Shown here piece by piece: positions 30,050 through 40,105 of a DNA stretch of 64,000 bases. The notes under the pieces were generated by a model. The model was not told where the DNA came from and searched no databases. It saw only the letters and a list, made by a program, of their open reading frames with translations. Each line of letters starts with the position of its first letter. Position 1 is the stretch's first letter. The stretch spans positions 2,542,001-2,606,000 of the forward strand of contig NZ_CP134949.1 of NCBI RefSeq assembly GCF_032116555.1, written 5' to 3'. This stretch comes from Halorarum halobium (GTDB lineage: Archaea; Halobacteriota; Halobacteria; Halobacteriales; Haloferacaceae). A program made the translations under genes and the position numbers.

Positions 30050-30370
30050 TCAGAAGTGGTCGCTCGACTCGGTCGAGTACTGGAGGTCGCCGCCGCGGCC
30101 GCCCTCCACGGTGCTCGCACCCATGTCGCCGGTGTCGGGCACCTTTACCTGCACGTCCTCGACCTCCTCGAAGTCCATGATGAGATCGCGCGTGATGTTC
30201 TGGGCGGTGATGTCCGAGATGCCACAGCCCGAACAGGTGCCGCCGAGTTCGACGACGACCAGCCCCTCCTCCGGGTCGGCCTCGCGCACGACGCTCGTGC
30301 CGCCGTGCATCTGAATGATGGGCATCTGCCCCACCATCCACTCCTCCACGCGCTCGGCGAGATCGGTCAT
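30050..30370 (-). CDS. NifU C-terminal domain (Nfu-type) Fe-S protein
   Basis: [19 protein letters not shown]. Confidence 0.9.
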   Translation of the reverse strand: MTDLAERVEEWMVGQMPIIQMHGGTSVVREADPEEGLVVVELGGTCSGCGISDITAQNITRDLIMDFEEVEDVQVKVPDTGDMGASTVEGGRGGDLQYSTESSDHF

Positions 30371-30443
30371 TACCCGACGATAGCGGGCCGAGCCTTGAAA
30401 GCTTGCGGTTGCGCCGGCCCTGCGACGCCGGAACGAAAGTGTC

Positions 30444-31940
30444 TCAGGATTCTTCACGGCCGCTCAGCCGGCGCCAGGCCGCGAGGCCCGCGCCGCCGAG
30501 CGCGGCCGGCGCGCCGAATCCCGGCACCGACGTCTCCGAGGCGGGGCTCTCGGGTTCGGTCACCACGTCGGTCGGTGACCCCGTCGGCGTCGGATCCGGC
30601 GTCGGCGAGTCCGTCGGCGGTTCGGCGGTCGACGCCGGCGACTCGGTGGCTGCCGGCGTCCCGGTCGGCTCCGGGAACGGCTCCACCGACCGCCCGTCGG
30701 CGTCCGGGAACACGTAGAGGCGCGCGGGCGCATCCTCGTCCGGGATACCCTTGCTCGCGGCCAGGAACGTCTCGCCGGGCGTGAGCACGCGGGCGGTCCA
30801 CATCGACGCGGCCATCGGCCGACGCCAGTTCGTCAGTTCCGTCGGGTCCGTCGGGTCCGACACGTCGTGTCGCTTCACGCCGCCCCGGTACCACGACGAG
30901 TAGAGGACGCCGTCGCGGAGTTCGAAGTTGTGCGAGGTGGCGTCGACGCCGGTTCCGAGGTCGCTGTCGGGCGATTCGGGCGGTTCGATGGTCGCCAGTG
31001 CCGTCGGGTTCGCGGTGTCAGACACGTCGTAGAGGTCGATGCCCGAGGGCCCGCCCTCGCCCTCCATCGTCCAGGACTCCCCGCCGACGCCCAGCAGTTC
31101 CCCCGCGTCGTCGGTGGCGACGTAGTGGGCGTTTCCCGGCGGGCGGAACGTCTGGAGCCGCCGCTCCTCCTCGGACATGTCGGCGAGTTCTTCGGGCGGG
31201 ACGCCGCCGACCGACGAGAGCGCGGTCGGCGCGCCCGGGTCCGACACGTCGACGAGCCACGCGCCGGCGTCCCAGCAGGCGAGATATGCGACGTCGTCAC
31301 GGACCCAGAGGTCGTGGGCGGCCGGCGAGCCGCCCGGGTACACCTGGTCGTAGCCGGAGTCGGCGTCCAGCACGCCCCAGCCGCCGAGCCGCTCGACGCC
31401 GTCGTCGCCGACGTCGTAGACGCTCATGGACTCGGTCACGTCGGCGCTCGCCCCGAAGTAGGCCCGCTCGCCGTCGAAGAAGCCGTTGTGGATGGGGAAC
31501 TCGGTCTCGTGGAACAGCACGCGCTCCGGCGAGGCGGGGTCGCTCACGTCGACCAGCAGGAAGCCGGTGAACCGCTCCTCGCGCCGGAAGTCAGTCTGGG
31601 CCATCACGAGCAGGCGGTCGTTCGCGTACTTCACGTCCCAGACGCCCGCGAGCGTCGCTTCCCCCTCGCCCGGCGCGAGTCCGCGTCGCTCCGCGAGGAT
31701 CGTCGGGTTCGCCGGGTCCGAGACGTCCACGGACGCGTAGCCGTCGTCGACGGCGAGATACGTCACGTCGCCGTCGCCCCGGACCGCCTCCTTTGCGGTC
31801 TCGATCTCGACGCTCCCGAGCGGTCCGTACTCGTCCTGGCTGCCGGTCGAGCGGGCGGAGCCGGCGGCCGATCCGACGCCGAGGAGCGCCGTCGTTCCGA
31901 GTCCGGCGGCGCCGGCTCGGAGGAGGGTCCGTCGATGCAT
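30444..31940 (-). CDS. LVIVD-repeat surface protein, Tat signal + PGF-CTERM
   Basis: MHRRTLL; repeated xxDVSDP; Thr/Pro/Ser linker; VPGFG-TM-WRR tail. Confidence 0.88.
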   Translation of the reverse strand: MHRRTLLRAGAAGLGTTALLGVGSAAGSARSTGSQDEYGPLGSVEIETAKEAVRGDGDVTYLAVDDGYASVDVSDPANPTILAERRGLAPGEGEATLAGVWDVKYANDRLLVMAQTDFRREERFTGFLLVDVSDPASPERVLFHETEFPIHNGFFDGERAYFGASADVTESMSVYDVGDDGVERLGGWGVLDADSGYDQVYPGGSPAAHDLWVRDDVAYLACWDAGAWLVDVSDPGAPTALSSVGGVPPEELADMSEEERRLQTFRPPGNAHYVATDDAGELLGVGGESWTMEGEGGPSGIDLYDVSDTANPTALATIEPPESPDSDLGTGVDATSHNFELRDGVLYSSWYRGGVKRHDVSDPTDPTELTNWRRPMAASMWTARVLTPGETFLAASKGIPDEDAPARLYVFPDADGRSVEPFPEPTGTPAATESPASTAEPPTDSPTPDPTPTGSPTDVVTEPESPASETSVPGFGAPAALGGAGLAAWRRLSGREES

Positions 31941-32049
31941 GGCGAACGGTGCCGGGGCGGCGCAAAAACGATGTCCGTTACTCAAATCGCCGCTTCACCG
32001 ACCGGGTTGGACCGGAGACCCCGCCGGAGCGCCGTCCCGAGCCCCCACC

Positions 32050-33510
32050 TCATCGCCGGCCGAGCAGTCGCCACGCGGCCAGGCCGAGCCCGCCCAGCCC
32101 GGCCAGCACGCCGAAGCCCGGCGCGGCGGCGCTCGACCCCCCGGTTCCGGTCGCCGTCCCCTCCCGGACCGAGGTCGCGCTGGCGGGCGTCGCGGTCGCC
32201 GACGGCGTGGGGCTGTACGCGTCGGCCGGGTCCGTCTCGGGCCGCTCCCGTAGCGCCTCCGGGTCGCCGCCGGTCCCCGCCTCGTCCGGGAACGTCCAGA
32301 GGCCGGCGGACGCCTCGCCCGTTCCCATCGAGGACGCGACGAAGCTATCACCGGCGGCGACGCGGGCGGTCCAGAACCGCGTCTCGCCGGGTCGAACCCA
32401 CCAGGTCTCCTCGACGGGGGTCGCGGGGTCCGACACGTCGTGGCGCTTCACGCCGCCACGATACCACGACGTGTACAGCGTCCCGTCGCGGAGTTCGAGG
32501 TTGTGCGCGGTGGTCCAGACGCCGCCGTACGTCGGATCGGCCGCGGACGGCGGCGAGATGCCGGCCAGGCGTGTCGGGGCGCTCGGGTCCGAGACGTCGT
32601 AGAGGTCGACGCCGCTCGGGCCGCCCACGTACTCGCCCTCGACGCGCGCCCCCCAGGACTCCTTCCCGACCGCGAGGAGGTCCTTCGTCGGGTCGGTGGC
32701 GACGTAGTGGTGGTTCCCCGGCGGCAGCAACGACGCCCGGAGCGGCGGGTCCGACAGTTCCGCCGGGTCGCCCGCGGGGATCGTTCCGACGTGGATCGGG
32801 TCCGCGGGGTCAGAGACGTCGAGGAGGTACGTCCCGGCGTCCCAGTAGGCCAGCGCGGCGAGGCCGTCCCTGACCCACACGTCGTGGAGCGGCCGGAGGC
32901 CGCCCGGCACGTCCCGCCAGGCGGCCTCGTGGTCGGTGAGGCTCCAGCGCGCGAGTTCGGCCGGCTCGTCGCCGCTCACGTCCACGACGACGAGCGGGTT
33001 GCCCGACGGGCCGTTGGCGGTGAGATACAACTCAGACCCGTCGAGGAAACAGTTGTGGATCGGGTACTCGGTCGGGAACACGGCCCGTCGGGTGGGTGCG
33101 GCCGGGTTGGACACGTCCACGATGACCGCGCCGGACCAGCCCTCGCCGACGGGGTTCGCGGGCCCGACCACGGCGAGAGTGTCCCCCGACAGCGTGACGT
33201 CGTATATCTGGGCCATCGCGCCCGCCTCGGTGTCCGACTGCAGGGTTCGTCGTTCCGCGAGGACGGTCGGGTCCGCCGGGTCCGAGACGTCGACGATGCC
33301 GTAGCCGTCGGTGAGCGCGAGGTAGACCGTCTCGCCGTCGGGGCCGACGACGGCCTCCTTGGTGCCGGCGAGTTCGAGGTGCCCGAGCGGTCCGTAGTCG
33401 GACTCCCGACCTGCCGCGGTCGCGCTGACGGTCCGCGTCCCCCCGGACGCTCCGAACAGCCCCGTCCCGATCAGGGCTCCGCCCGCTCGGAGCGCATCGC
33501 GTCGTCGCAT
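32050..33510 (-). CDS. LVIVD-repeat surface protein paralog, Tat signal + PGF-CTERM
   Basis: MRRRDAL; DVSDP repeats; APGFG-TM-WRLLGRR tail. Confidence 0.88.
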   Translation of the reverse strand: MRRRDALRAGGALIGTGLFGASGGTRTVSATAAGRESDYGPLGHLELAGTKEAVVGPDGETVYLALTDGYGIVDVSDPADPTVLAERRTLQSDTEAGAMAQIYDVTLSGDTLAVVGPANPVGEGWSGAVIVDVSNPAAPTRRAVFPTEYPIHNCFLDGSELYLTANGPSGNPLVVVDVSGDEPAELARWSLTDHEAAWRDVPGGLRPLHDVWVRDGLAALAYWDAGTYLLDVSDPADPIHVGTIPAGDPAELSDPPLRASLLPPGNHHYVATDPTKDLLAVGKESWGARVEGEYVGGPSGVDLYDVSDPSAPTRLAGISPPSAADPTYGGVWTTAHNLELRDGTLYTSWYRGGVKRHDVSDPATPVEETWWVRPGETRFWTARVAAGDSFVASSMGTGEASAGLWTFPDEAGTGGDPEALRERPETDPADAYSPTPSATATPASATSVREGTATGTGGSSAAAPGFGVLAGLGGLGLAAWRLLGRR

Positions 33511-33583
33511 ACCTCCCGCTGCGGGGTCGGCGGGGATAGGAATGGCGGAGTCCCCCACGTGAACGTCCCGGCCGGTCGCCCCG

Positions 33584-34552
33584 TCAGAGCCGGGCGCGGT
33601 CGCCGGTGCCGTCCGTGAGCGCGGAGGCGAGCGCACCCTTCACCACGACGTCGTCGCCGTGTTCGGTGAGCCGGACGTCGGGGACGTTGGTGAACACCTC
33701 GTCGGCGAGGTGCTCCCGGACGTGGCCGACGACGAGGTCGGGGTTCTTCAGCGCGACCGCGCCGCCGACGAAGATCACGAGCGGGGCGTACGCGTGGACG
33801 ATGTTCGTGACGCCGATGAGGTTCCAGCGCTGTATCCGCTCGACGACGAGGTCCGCGAGCGGGTCCTCGCCGTGGGCCGCGAACACGTCCGCCGCGCCGA
33901 AGGAGTCGGCACCGACCCGCAGGTCCGTCGCCACGTCGGTCGTCTCGTGGAGGTGGCGGGCGTACGCGGGCACGTTCTCGCCCGAGCAGTACGCCTCCCA
34001 GTGGCCGTCACGCCCGCACCCGCACGTCATCGCGCCCTCCGGGTCGACGACGACGTGCCCGAACTCGCCGGCGTTGCCGTCCCACCCGGAGAGGACGCGA
34101 CCGTCGACGCAGACGCCGGTGCCGATGCCCGAGGAGACGGTCAGATACACCATGTCGTCGGGGTTGCGCTCGCTGTGGAAGCGCTCGCCGATGACGCCCG
34201 CGGCCGTGTCGTTGTGGAGGTGGATGTCGTCAGTGTCGAGCAGTTCAGCGAGCGGGCCGGTGAGCGGGATGCGACCCACCGTGTCGGGGAAGTTCGCGGG
34301 GTTGTCGACCGCGCCGTCCGCGAGGTCGAACGGGCCGAAGGAGGCGACGCCGGCCGCGCGGACGGTTCCGGGGTCGACGTCGGCGTCGGCGCAGGCGGCA
34401 CGGACCACGTCCAGCACGGCCTCGGTGATCGCGATTCCGGTCGGGCCGTCGGGGGTCGGCCGGCGCGCTCTACCGCGGATCCGTGCGTCCTCGTCGCCGA
34501 CGACGGCGCGGACGTTCGTCGCGCCGAGGTCGACGCCGACGTACGAAGCCAT
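33584..34552 (-). CDS. ROK-family sugar kinase (glucokinase-like)
   Basis: GVDLGATN, GIGTG, GEFGH, CGCG...WEAY. Confidence 0.92.
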   Translation of the reverse strand: MASYVGVDLGATNVRAVVGDEDARIRGRARRPTPDGPTGIAITEAVLDVVRAACADADVDPGTVRAAGVASFGPFDLADGAVDNPANFPDTVGRIPLTGPLAELLDTDDIHLHNDTAAGVIGERFHSERNPDDMVYLTVSSGIGTGVCVDGRVLSGWDGNAGEFGHVVVDPEGAMTCGCGRDGHWEAYCSGENVPAYARHLHETTDVATDLRVGADSFGAADVFAAHGEDPLADLVVERIQRWNLIGVTNIVHAYAPLVIFVGGAVALKNPDLVVGHVREHLADEVFTNVPDVRLTEHGDDVVVKGALASALTDGTGDRARL

Positions 34553-34659
34553 CACTCCGAGGGTACGCGGGGCGCTACGTAACGGTTCGGTTTCTCACCC
34601 GGTGACGAGTGAACGTTCGTGACGGAGCGGTCGGCGTTCGACCCGCGGGCGTCACCGCC

Positions 34660-35100
34660 TCACTCGCGGACGAACGTCACCGGACACGGCGCCGAGAGGA
34701 GAATCTCCTGGGCGGTGCTGCCGAAGACCGCCTTCCCGGTCGGCGAGCGGCGTCGGCCCCCGACGATGACGCGGTCGGCACCGATCTCGCCGGCAAGATC
34801 CGAGATGGCCTGGCCGGGCTCGCCGACGACGCCCCTGACCTCGAACTCGACGTCGGCCGCCTGGAGCTCCGTGCGGGCGACCCGGACGCTCTCCAGTCGT
34901 CTCGTCACGTCGTCGGCCGATCCCCCTTCGCTGTCGAGCCGGTCGAGCGCGTCGTCGACCGCGCGCTGTGATTCGAAGGCGTGGGCCACGACGACCCGTG
35001 CGCCGGTCGTCGCGGCGAGGTCGGTCGCTGCCTCCGCCATTCGTTTCATCCGGGCGTCGTCGTCGCGTCCGACTGCGAGCAGGACGGTTTCGATCGGCAT
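34660..35100 (-). CDS. Universal stress protein
   Basis: VGGRRRSPTGKAVFGSTAQEILLSAPCPV. Confidence 0.93.
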   Translation of the reverse strand: MPIETVLLAVGRDDDARMKRMAEAATDLAATTGARVVVAHAFESQRAVDDALDRLDSEGGSADDVTRRLESVRVARTELQAADVEFEVRGVVGEPGQAISDLAGEIGADRVIVGGRRRSPTGKAVFGSTAQEILLSAPCPVTFVRE

Positions 35101-35245
35101 GTGCTGGCACTCGAAGCCCCGTGGCAAAAGCGTAGCGACGATTGACCCGGTTTCGGATCCGGGTACTCCCCGGTCGCCGGGGCGCGCCCCACGCGGTGCC
35201 CGCGCGGTGGGCACCGTTTTGTCCCCGGCACCCGACCGTCTGCGT

Positions 35246-35980
35246 ATGACTCCCGACCTGCGCGGACGGACCGCGCTCGTCACCGGCAGCGCGTCGGGCA
35301 TCGGCCGGGGCTTCGCGCTTGCCTGTGCCGAACACGGCGCGGACGTGGCGGTCCACTACCGATCCAGCGGGGCCGAGGCGACCGCGACCGCCGGCGAGGC
35401 GCACGAGCACGGCGTCGAGGCGCTCGCGGTGCAGGGCGACGTGACCGACCCGGACGGGGTGGACGAGATCTTCGCGGCGGTCGAGGCCGAACTGGGGAGC
35501 GTGGACGTGCTCGTGAACAACGTCGGCGCGTTCGCGCCCGAGCACTGGGCGGAGCTCGACTTCGGGACGTGGCAGACCGTCCTCGAGACGAACGTCAACG
35601 GGACGTACCTCTGCTCGAAGCGCGCGCTCCCGGGGATGCGCGAGGCCGGGTGGGGTCGGATCGTCAACGTCGGCTACGCCGGCAGCGAGAGGGCGCTCGT
35701 CAACCCGAAGAACGCGCCGTACTTCATCGCCAAGACGGGCGTGTTGATGTTCACGCGGATGCTCGCGGCCGACACCCAGGACGACGGCGTCACGGTCAAC
35801 GCGGTCTCGCCGTACGTCGTCGAGACCTCCGACGAGTTCCCCGAGGACGCGCCGCGGGGCCGCTGGGCGTCGGTCGAGGACCTCGTGAACGTCCTGCTGT
35901 TCTTCCTCCGCGAGGAGTCGGGCTACGTCTCGGGCGAGAACGTCGAGGTCGACGGCGGCTACCTGCCGGAATCGGTTTGA
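35246..35980 (+). CDS. Short-chain dehydrogenase/reductase
   Basis: TGSASGIG, LVNNVG, YFIAK. Confidence 0.93.
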   Translation: MTPDLRGRTALVTGSASGIGRGFALACAEHGADVAVHYRSSGAEATATAGEAHEHGVEALAVQGDVTDPDGVDEIFAAVEAELGSVDVLVNNVGAFAPEHWAELDFGTWQTVLETNVNGTYLCSKRALPGMREAGWGRIVNVGYAGSERALVNPKNAPYFIAKTGVLMFTRMLAADTQDDGVTVNAVSPYVVETSDEFPEDAPRGRWASVEDLVNVLLFFLREESGYVSGENVEVDGGYLPESV

Positions 35981-36105
35981 TCGGGACCCCGCCGCGGCGG
36001 ATTTCGAGACGGACGCCACCGGGGCTCGCCTCGGGGATCCGACCTGCCACACGCCGAACGGACCCCACGGAGCCTTTTTCGCCGTTCGAACCCAACTACG
36101 ACGCC

Positions 36106-36327
36106 ATGAGCCAGTCCACCGAACCCGAGGACCCGAGCCTGGTGTGGAGGGCGTACGACACGGTGACGCCCGGCTACCGTGGCCGCCCGGACGTGGAGAT
36201 GAACGCCGTCGGGTGGGGACTGTTCCTCGGCCTCGTGATCCTGCTCGTCCCGCTGTTGCCGTTCCTGGTCGTCGTCTGGCTCGTCGGAAAACTCCTCGAC
36301 GCGGTCGTCCCGACGGAGAGGGAGTAG
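36106..36327 (+). CDS. Small membrane protein
   Basis: TVTPGYRGRPDVEMNAVGWGLFLGLVILLVPLLPF; T-rich box upstream. Confidence 0.8.
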   Translation: MSQSTEPEDPSLVWRAYDTVTPGYRGRPDVEMNAVGWGLFLGLVILLVPLLPFLVVVWLVGKLLDAVVPTERE

Positions 36328-36370
36328 CCGCCGGTCGTCCGTCGAATCCAGCCCACCTGCAGACCCGAAC

Positions 36371-37363
36371 TCAGTCCGCCAGGCCGAGCAGGTCGAACGG
36401 GTAGCCGTTGTCCCGCTCGTTCGCGTGCTCGTAGACGACGTGGGCCGCAGCGACGTCCTGGATCGCCAGGCCCGTGGAGTCGAAGACGGTGATGCCGTCG
36501 GCGTCGGTGCGGCCCGCCCGGTCGCCGACGAGGATCTCGCCGATCTCGCCGTAGATGTCCGCGTCCGTCAGCACCCCGGCCGCGTACGGGACGTTGATCT
36601 CGCCGGAGTGGGTCGTCTGCGCGTGGTCGTCGATGACGATCTTGGCGTCCAGGAGGAGGTCGTCCGCCAGTTCGTGTTTCCCCTCGGCGTCCGCGCCCAT
36701 CGCGTTGACGTGGGTGTGCTCGCCCACGGCGTCGCGCGGGACGATGGGGTCTTCGACCGGGGTCACGGTCGAGAGCACGTCGCAGGCGGCCGCCTCGGCG
36801 ATGGAGCCGGCCCGAACCGCGAATCGGTCCTCGAAGGCGTCGATGAAGCGGGCGACCCGCTCCTCGTCGAGGTCGGAGACGACGACCTCCTCGATGTTCC
36901 GCACCGAGGCGATCGCCTCCAGTTGCGTGTACGCCTGGACGCCCGCGCCGACGATGCCGAGCGAGGAGGCGTCCGCGACCGCGAGGTGGTCCGTGGCGAC
37001 CGCGGCGGCCGCGCCCGTGCGCTTCATCGTCAGTTCCGTGCCGTCGAGGATGGCGAGCGGGAACGCGTTCCGGGGGTCCGAGTAGATCATCGTCCCCATC
37101 ACCGTCGGCAGGTCGTACTCGTCCTCGTTGTCGGTGTGGACGTTGACCCACTTCACGCCCGCCGCGTCCCAGTCGCCCGCGTCGAGGTAGGCGGGCATCG
37201 ACCGGAAGTCCCCGTTGTACTCGGGGAGGTCGATGTAGGACTTGGGGGGCATCTGGGCGTCGCCGCGTTCGTAGGCGGCGAACGCCTCCTCGACGGCGGG
37301 CACGAGCTCCGCCATCTCGGCGTTCTCGTGGACCTCGTCGCTGTTGAGCAGCAGCGTCTCCAT
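36371..37363 (-). CDS. Ornithine cyclodeaminase/mu-crystallin family (archaeal alanine dehydrogenase-like)
   Basis: GVKWVNVH, RTGAAAAV, GAGVQA, FDSTGLAIQD. Confidence 0.92.
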   Translation of the reverse strand: METLLLNSDEVHENAEMAELVPAVEEAFAAYERGDAQMPPKSYIDLPEYNGDFRSMPAYLDAGDWDAAGVKWVNVHTDNEDEYDLPTVMGTMIYSDPRNAFPLAILDGTELTMKRTGAAAAVATDHLAVADASSLGIVGAGVQAYTQLEAIASVRNIEEVVVSDLDEERVARFIDAFEDRFAVRAGSIAEAAACDVLSTVTPVEDPIVPRDAVGEHTHVNAMGADAEGKHELADDLLLDAKIVIDDHAQTTHSGEINVPYAAGVLTDADIYGEIGEILVGDRAGRTDADGITVFDSTGLAIQDVAAAHVVYEHANERDNGYPFDLLGLAD

Positions 37364-37504
37364 GCGCGCAAAATTTGCACGCCGGGATTAGAAGCCTCCG
37401 AAAGCGGTCGCCGTCGGTCGTCGTCCGCCGGTCGAAAGAAGTCGTGAGTCGGTCGGAAGGCGGTGCGCGGTCGGATCGGGTGTGACGTGTGCCTCAGTCG
37501 AGGG

Positions 37505-39175
37505 TCACATCGCGCCGCCCATGCCGCCCATTCCGCCCATGCCACCCATGCCGCCGCCGGGCGCGCCGCCCTCGTCGTCGTCGCCGGCGGTCGACAGGTC
37601 GCCCGCGGCGATGATGTCGTCGATCTTGAGGACGAGGTTCGCGGCCTCGCTGGCCGAGGAGAGCGCCTGTTCCTTCGAGTGGGCCGGCTCGACGACGCCC
37701 GCCTCGAACGTGTCCTCGACGTCGCCCGAGAACACGTTCAGGCCGGCGTTCGCGTCGCCCTCCTCGTGGGCCGCGCGGAGGTCGACCAGCGTGTCGATGG
37801 AGTCGAGCCCGGCGTTCTCGGCCAGCACGCGCGGGACGAGTTCCAGCGCGTCGGCGAACGCCTCGACCGCGAGCTGCTCGCGGCCCTCGACGGAGTCCGC
37901 GTAGTCGCGGAGCCGCGAGGCGAGTTCGACCTCGATGGCGCCGCCGCCCGGCAGCACGCGGCCGTCCGAGACGGTCGTGGCGACGACGTCGAGCGCGTCC
38001 TCGACGCCGCGCTCGAGCTCGTCGACGACGTGGTCGGTGGAGCCGCGCAGGAGCAGCGTGACGCCGTGGGCGTCGTCGCCGCCCTCGACGTAGAACAGCT
38101 CGTCCGCGTCGTCACGCGAGACCGAGCCGTGGCCCAGGTCCGCGGCCGTCGCGGACTCGACGTCGGAGACGACGGCCGCGTCGAGGATGTTCTGCAGGAA
38201 CTGGAGGTCGGACTTCTTCACGCGGCGGGCCGCGAGGATGCCCTCCTTCGCGAGGTAGTGCTGGGCCATGTCGTCGACGCCCTTCTGGCAGAAGACGACG
38301 TTCGCGCCCGTCTCCTTGATGGCCTCGACCTTCGCGCGGAGCTGCTCCTCCTCCTGGTCAAGGAACTGCTGGAGCTGGTCCGGGTTCTCGATGTTGACGG
38401 AGGTGTCGACGTCGGCCTCCTCGACCTCGATGGGGTCGTTGAGGAGGAGCACCTTCGCGTCCTCGACGCTGCTCGGCATGTCGTCGTGGAGGGGGTCCTT
38501 GTCGACGACGGCGCCCTGCAGCAGTTCGGACTCGCCGGCCGAGCGGCCGGTCTGGGTCTCGATGGCGACGTTCTCCAGGTCGACGACGTGGCTGCCGTCG
38601 TCGGCCTCGACGGTGACCTGCTGGACCGCGCGGTAGATGAGGTCCGCGAGCACCTCCTTCTCGAGCTCGGCGCCCTTGCCGGTCATGGAGGTCTCGGCGA
38701 CCTTCCTGATCCGGTCCTCGTCGTCGGGGTCGACGTGGGTCGCGATGTCGTCGACCTCGGCGCGGGCCTGCTCGCTCGCGAGGTGGAAGCCCTTGATGAT
38801 CGCCGTCGGGTGGATCTCCTGCTCGATGAGGTCCTCGGCGTTCTTCAGGAGTTCGCCCGCGATCGCGACGGCCGTCGTCGTGCCGTCGCCGGCCTCGTCC
38901 TCCTGGGTCTCGGCGACCTCGATGATCATCTCGGCCGTCGGGTTGTCGATGTCCATCGTCGTCAGGATGGTGACGCCGTCGTTCGTGATGGTGACGTCGC
39001 CCATCGAGTCGACGAGCATCTTGTCCATGCCTTTCGGGCCGAGCGTCGAGCGGACGGCCTCGGCGACGGCGCGTGCCGCGGAGATGTTGTATTCCTGAGC
39101 GTCCTTGTCCTTCACGCGCTGGGAGTCCTCACCCATGATGATCATGGGCTGACCCTGCATTCGTCGCTGACTCAT
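37505..39175 (-). CDS. thsB: Thermosome (group II chaperonin) subunit, beta type
   Basis: [18 protein letters not shown]-terminal GGM repeats. Confidence 0.95.
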   Translation of the reverse strand: MSQRRMQGQPMIIMGEDSQRVKDKDAQEYNISAARAVAEAVRSTLGPKGMDKMLVDSMGDVTITNDGVTILTTMDIDNPTAEMIIEVAETQEDEAGDGTTTAVAIAGELLKNAEDLIEQEIHPTAIIKGFHLASEQARAEVDDIATHVDPDDEDRIRKVAETSMTGKGAELEKEVLADLIYRAVQQVTVEADDGSHVVDLENVAIETQTGRSAGESELLQGAVVDKDPLHDDMPSSVEDAKVLLLNDPIEVEEADVDTSVNIENPDQLQQFLDQEEEQLRAKVEAIKETGANVVFCQKGVDDMAQHYLAKEGILAARRVKKSDLQFLQNILDAAVVSDVESATAADLGHGSVSRDDADELFYVEGGDDAHGVTLLLRGSTDHVVDELERGVEDALDVVATTVSDGRVLPGGGAIEVELASRLRDYADSVEGREQLAVEAFADALELVPRVLAENAGLDSIDTLVDLRAAHEEGDANAGLNVFSGDVEDTFEAGVVEPAHSKEQALSSASEAANLVLKIDDIIAAGDLSTAGDDDEGGAPGGGMGGMGGMGGMGGAM

Positions 39176-39385
39176 GGTCAGTCCTGAGTGTGGTTGTGAT
39201 TCTACAAAAGTTTTTCCTTCCCGTCCCGCTCCCCCGTGCTCCGGCCAGCGTTACTGAACCGCGGAGAAGGAGGGACGTGACGGCCCTACACCGTGTCAAC
39301 GACTGCCACAATGATCGCGTCCCGTGTTGGTTCCGCGCCGAGCGAACGGTCGTTTATATACTGGTCCCGACGGGGCGATCCGCGG

Positions 39386-39802
39386 TCAGCCGTCCGAGGG
39401 CGCGGCGTCCTCGGCACCGGCCGGCTGCTTCCAGTGGACGCGGACGGTTCCGACGGCGAACGCGTCGTCGGTTCCCTCGTCGCGACGGACCGCGAGGACG
39501 TTCTCACCCTCGATCAACGACGCGCCGGTCACCGCGTCGGTCCAGTGTTGCCACCCGTCGTTGGGCGGGATGTCGAACCCCGAGAGCGGCTCGCCGTTGA
39601 GCAGGATCTCGTGACCGTACTCGCCGACGTCGAACGCCTGGATGCCGACGAACGGGTCCCGCGGGTCGTCGGTTCCGACCTCGAACCCGTACTCGTCGGT
39701 CACGTCCCCGACGTCGTCGGCCCAGTCGAGCGAGAGAGAACTGTCGGACGGGCCGAGGTGAGCACCGACGTAGACGGTGGCGTAGGTTGCGTGGGTTCCC
39801 AT
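39386..39802 (-). CDS. Conserved haloarchaeal hypothetical protein
   Basis: IQAFDVGEYGHEILLNGEPLSGFDIPP...VHW; acidic beta-rich ORF. Confidence 0.75.
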   Translation of the reverse strand: MGTHATYATVYVGAHLGPSDSSLSLDWADDVGDVTDEYGFEVGTDDPRDPFVGIQAFDVGEYGHEILLNGEPLSGFDIPPNDGWQHWTDAVTGASLIEGENVLAVRRDEGTDDAFAVGTVRVHWKQPAGAEDAAPSDG

Positions 39803-39851
39803 TCCCGTCCAGTTCGGACCGGCCGGTACAAAGAATCGCGGGTCCCGGGGG

Positions 39852-40025
39852 CTACTCGTCGGTGTCGGCGGGGGCCGACAGCAGGTCCGAGTCCGTCTCC
39901 GTGGGCGGATGCTCTGGTTCGTCCTCGGCGTCGATGGTCTCCACCTCGCGCCGGTTGAGGCGGGCTTCGAGCTGCTCGCGCTTCTTGCGTCCCTGACGTT
40001 CGCGCCCACGTTTCGTGTCTGGCAT
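39852..40025 (-). CDS. Small charged protein (57 aa)
   Basis: MPDTKRGRERQGRKKR...; basic N-terminus, acidic C-terminus. Confidence 0.7.
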   Translation of the reverse strand: MPDTKRGRERQGRKKREQLEARLNRREVETIDAEDEPEHPPTETDSDLLSAPADTDE

Positions 40026-40105
40026 TGACGTGTGTGTCAACTATACCCATGGTAAAGAAGCTTTCCGCCCGCCTCATTTATCAGGCCACACCAGACTGAA
40101 CGAGC

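Noticed and set aside
37505..37560. 9-bp repeats at the thermosome 3' end
   Set aside because: Normal GGM chaperonin tail
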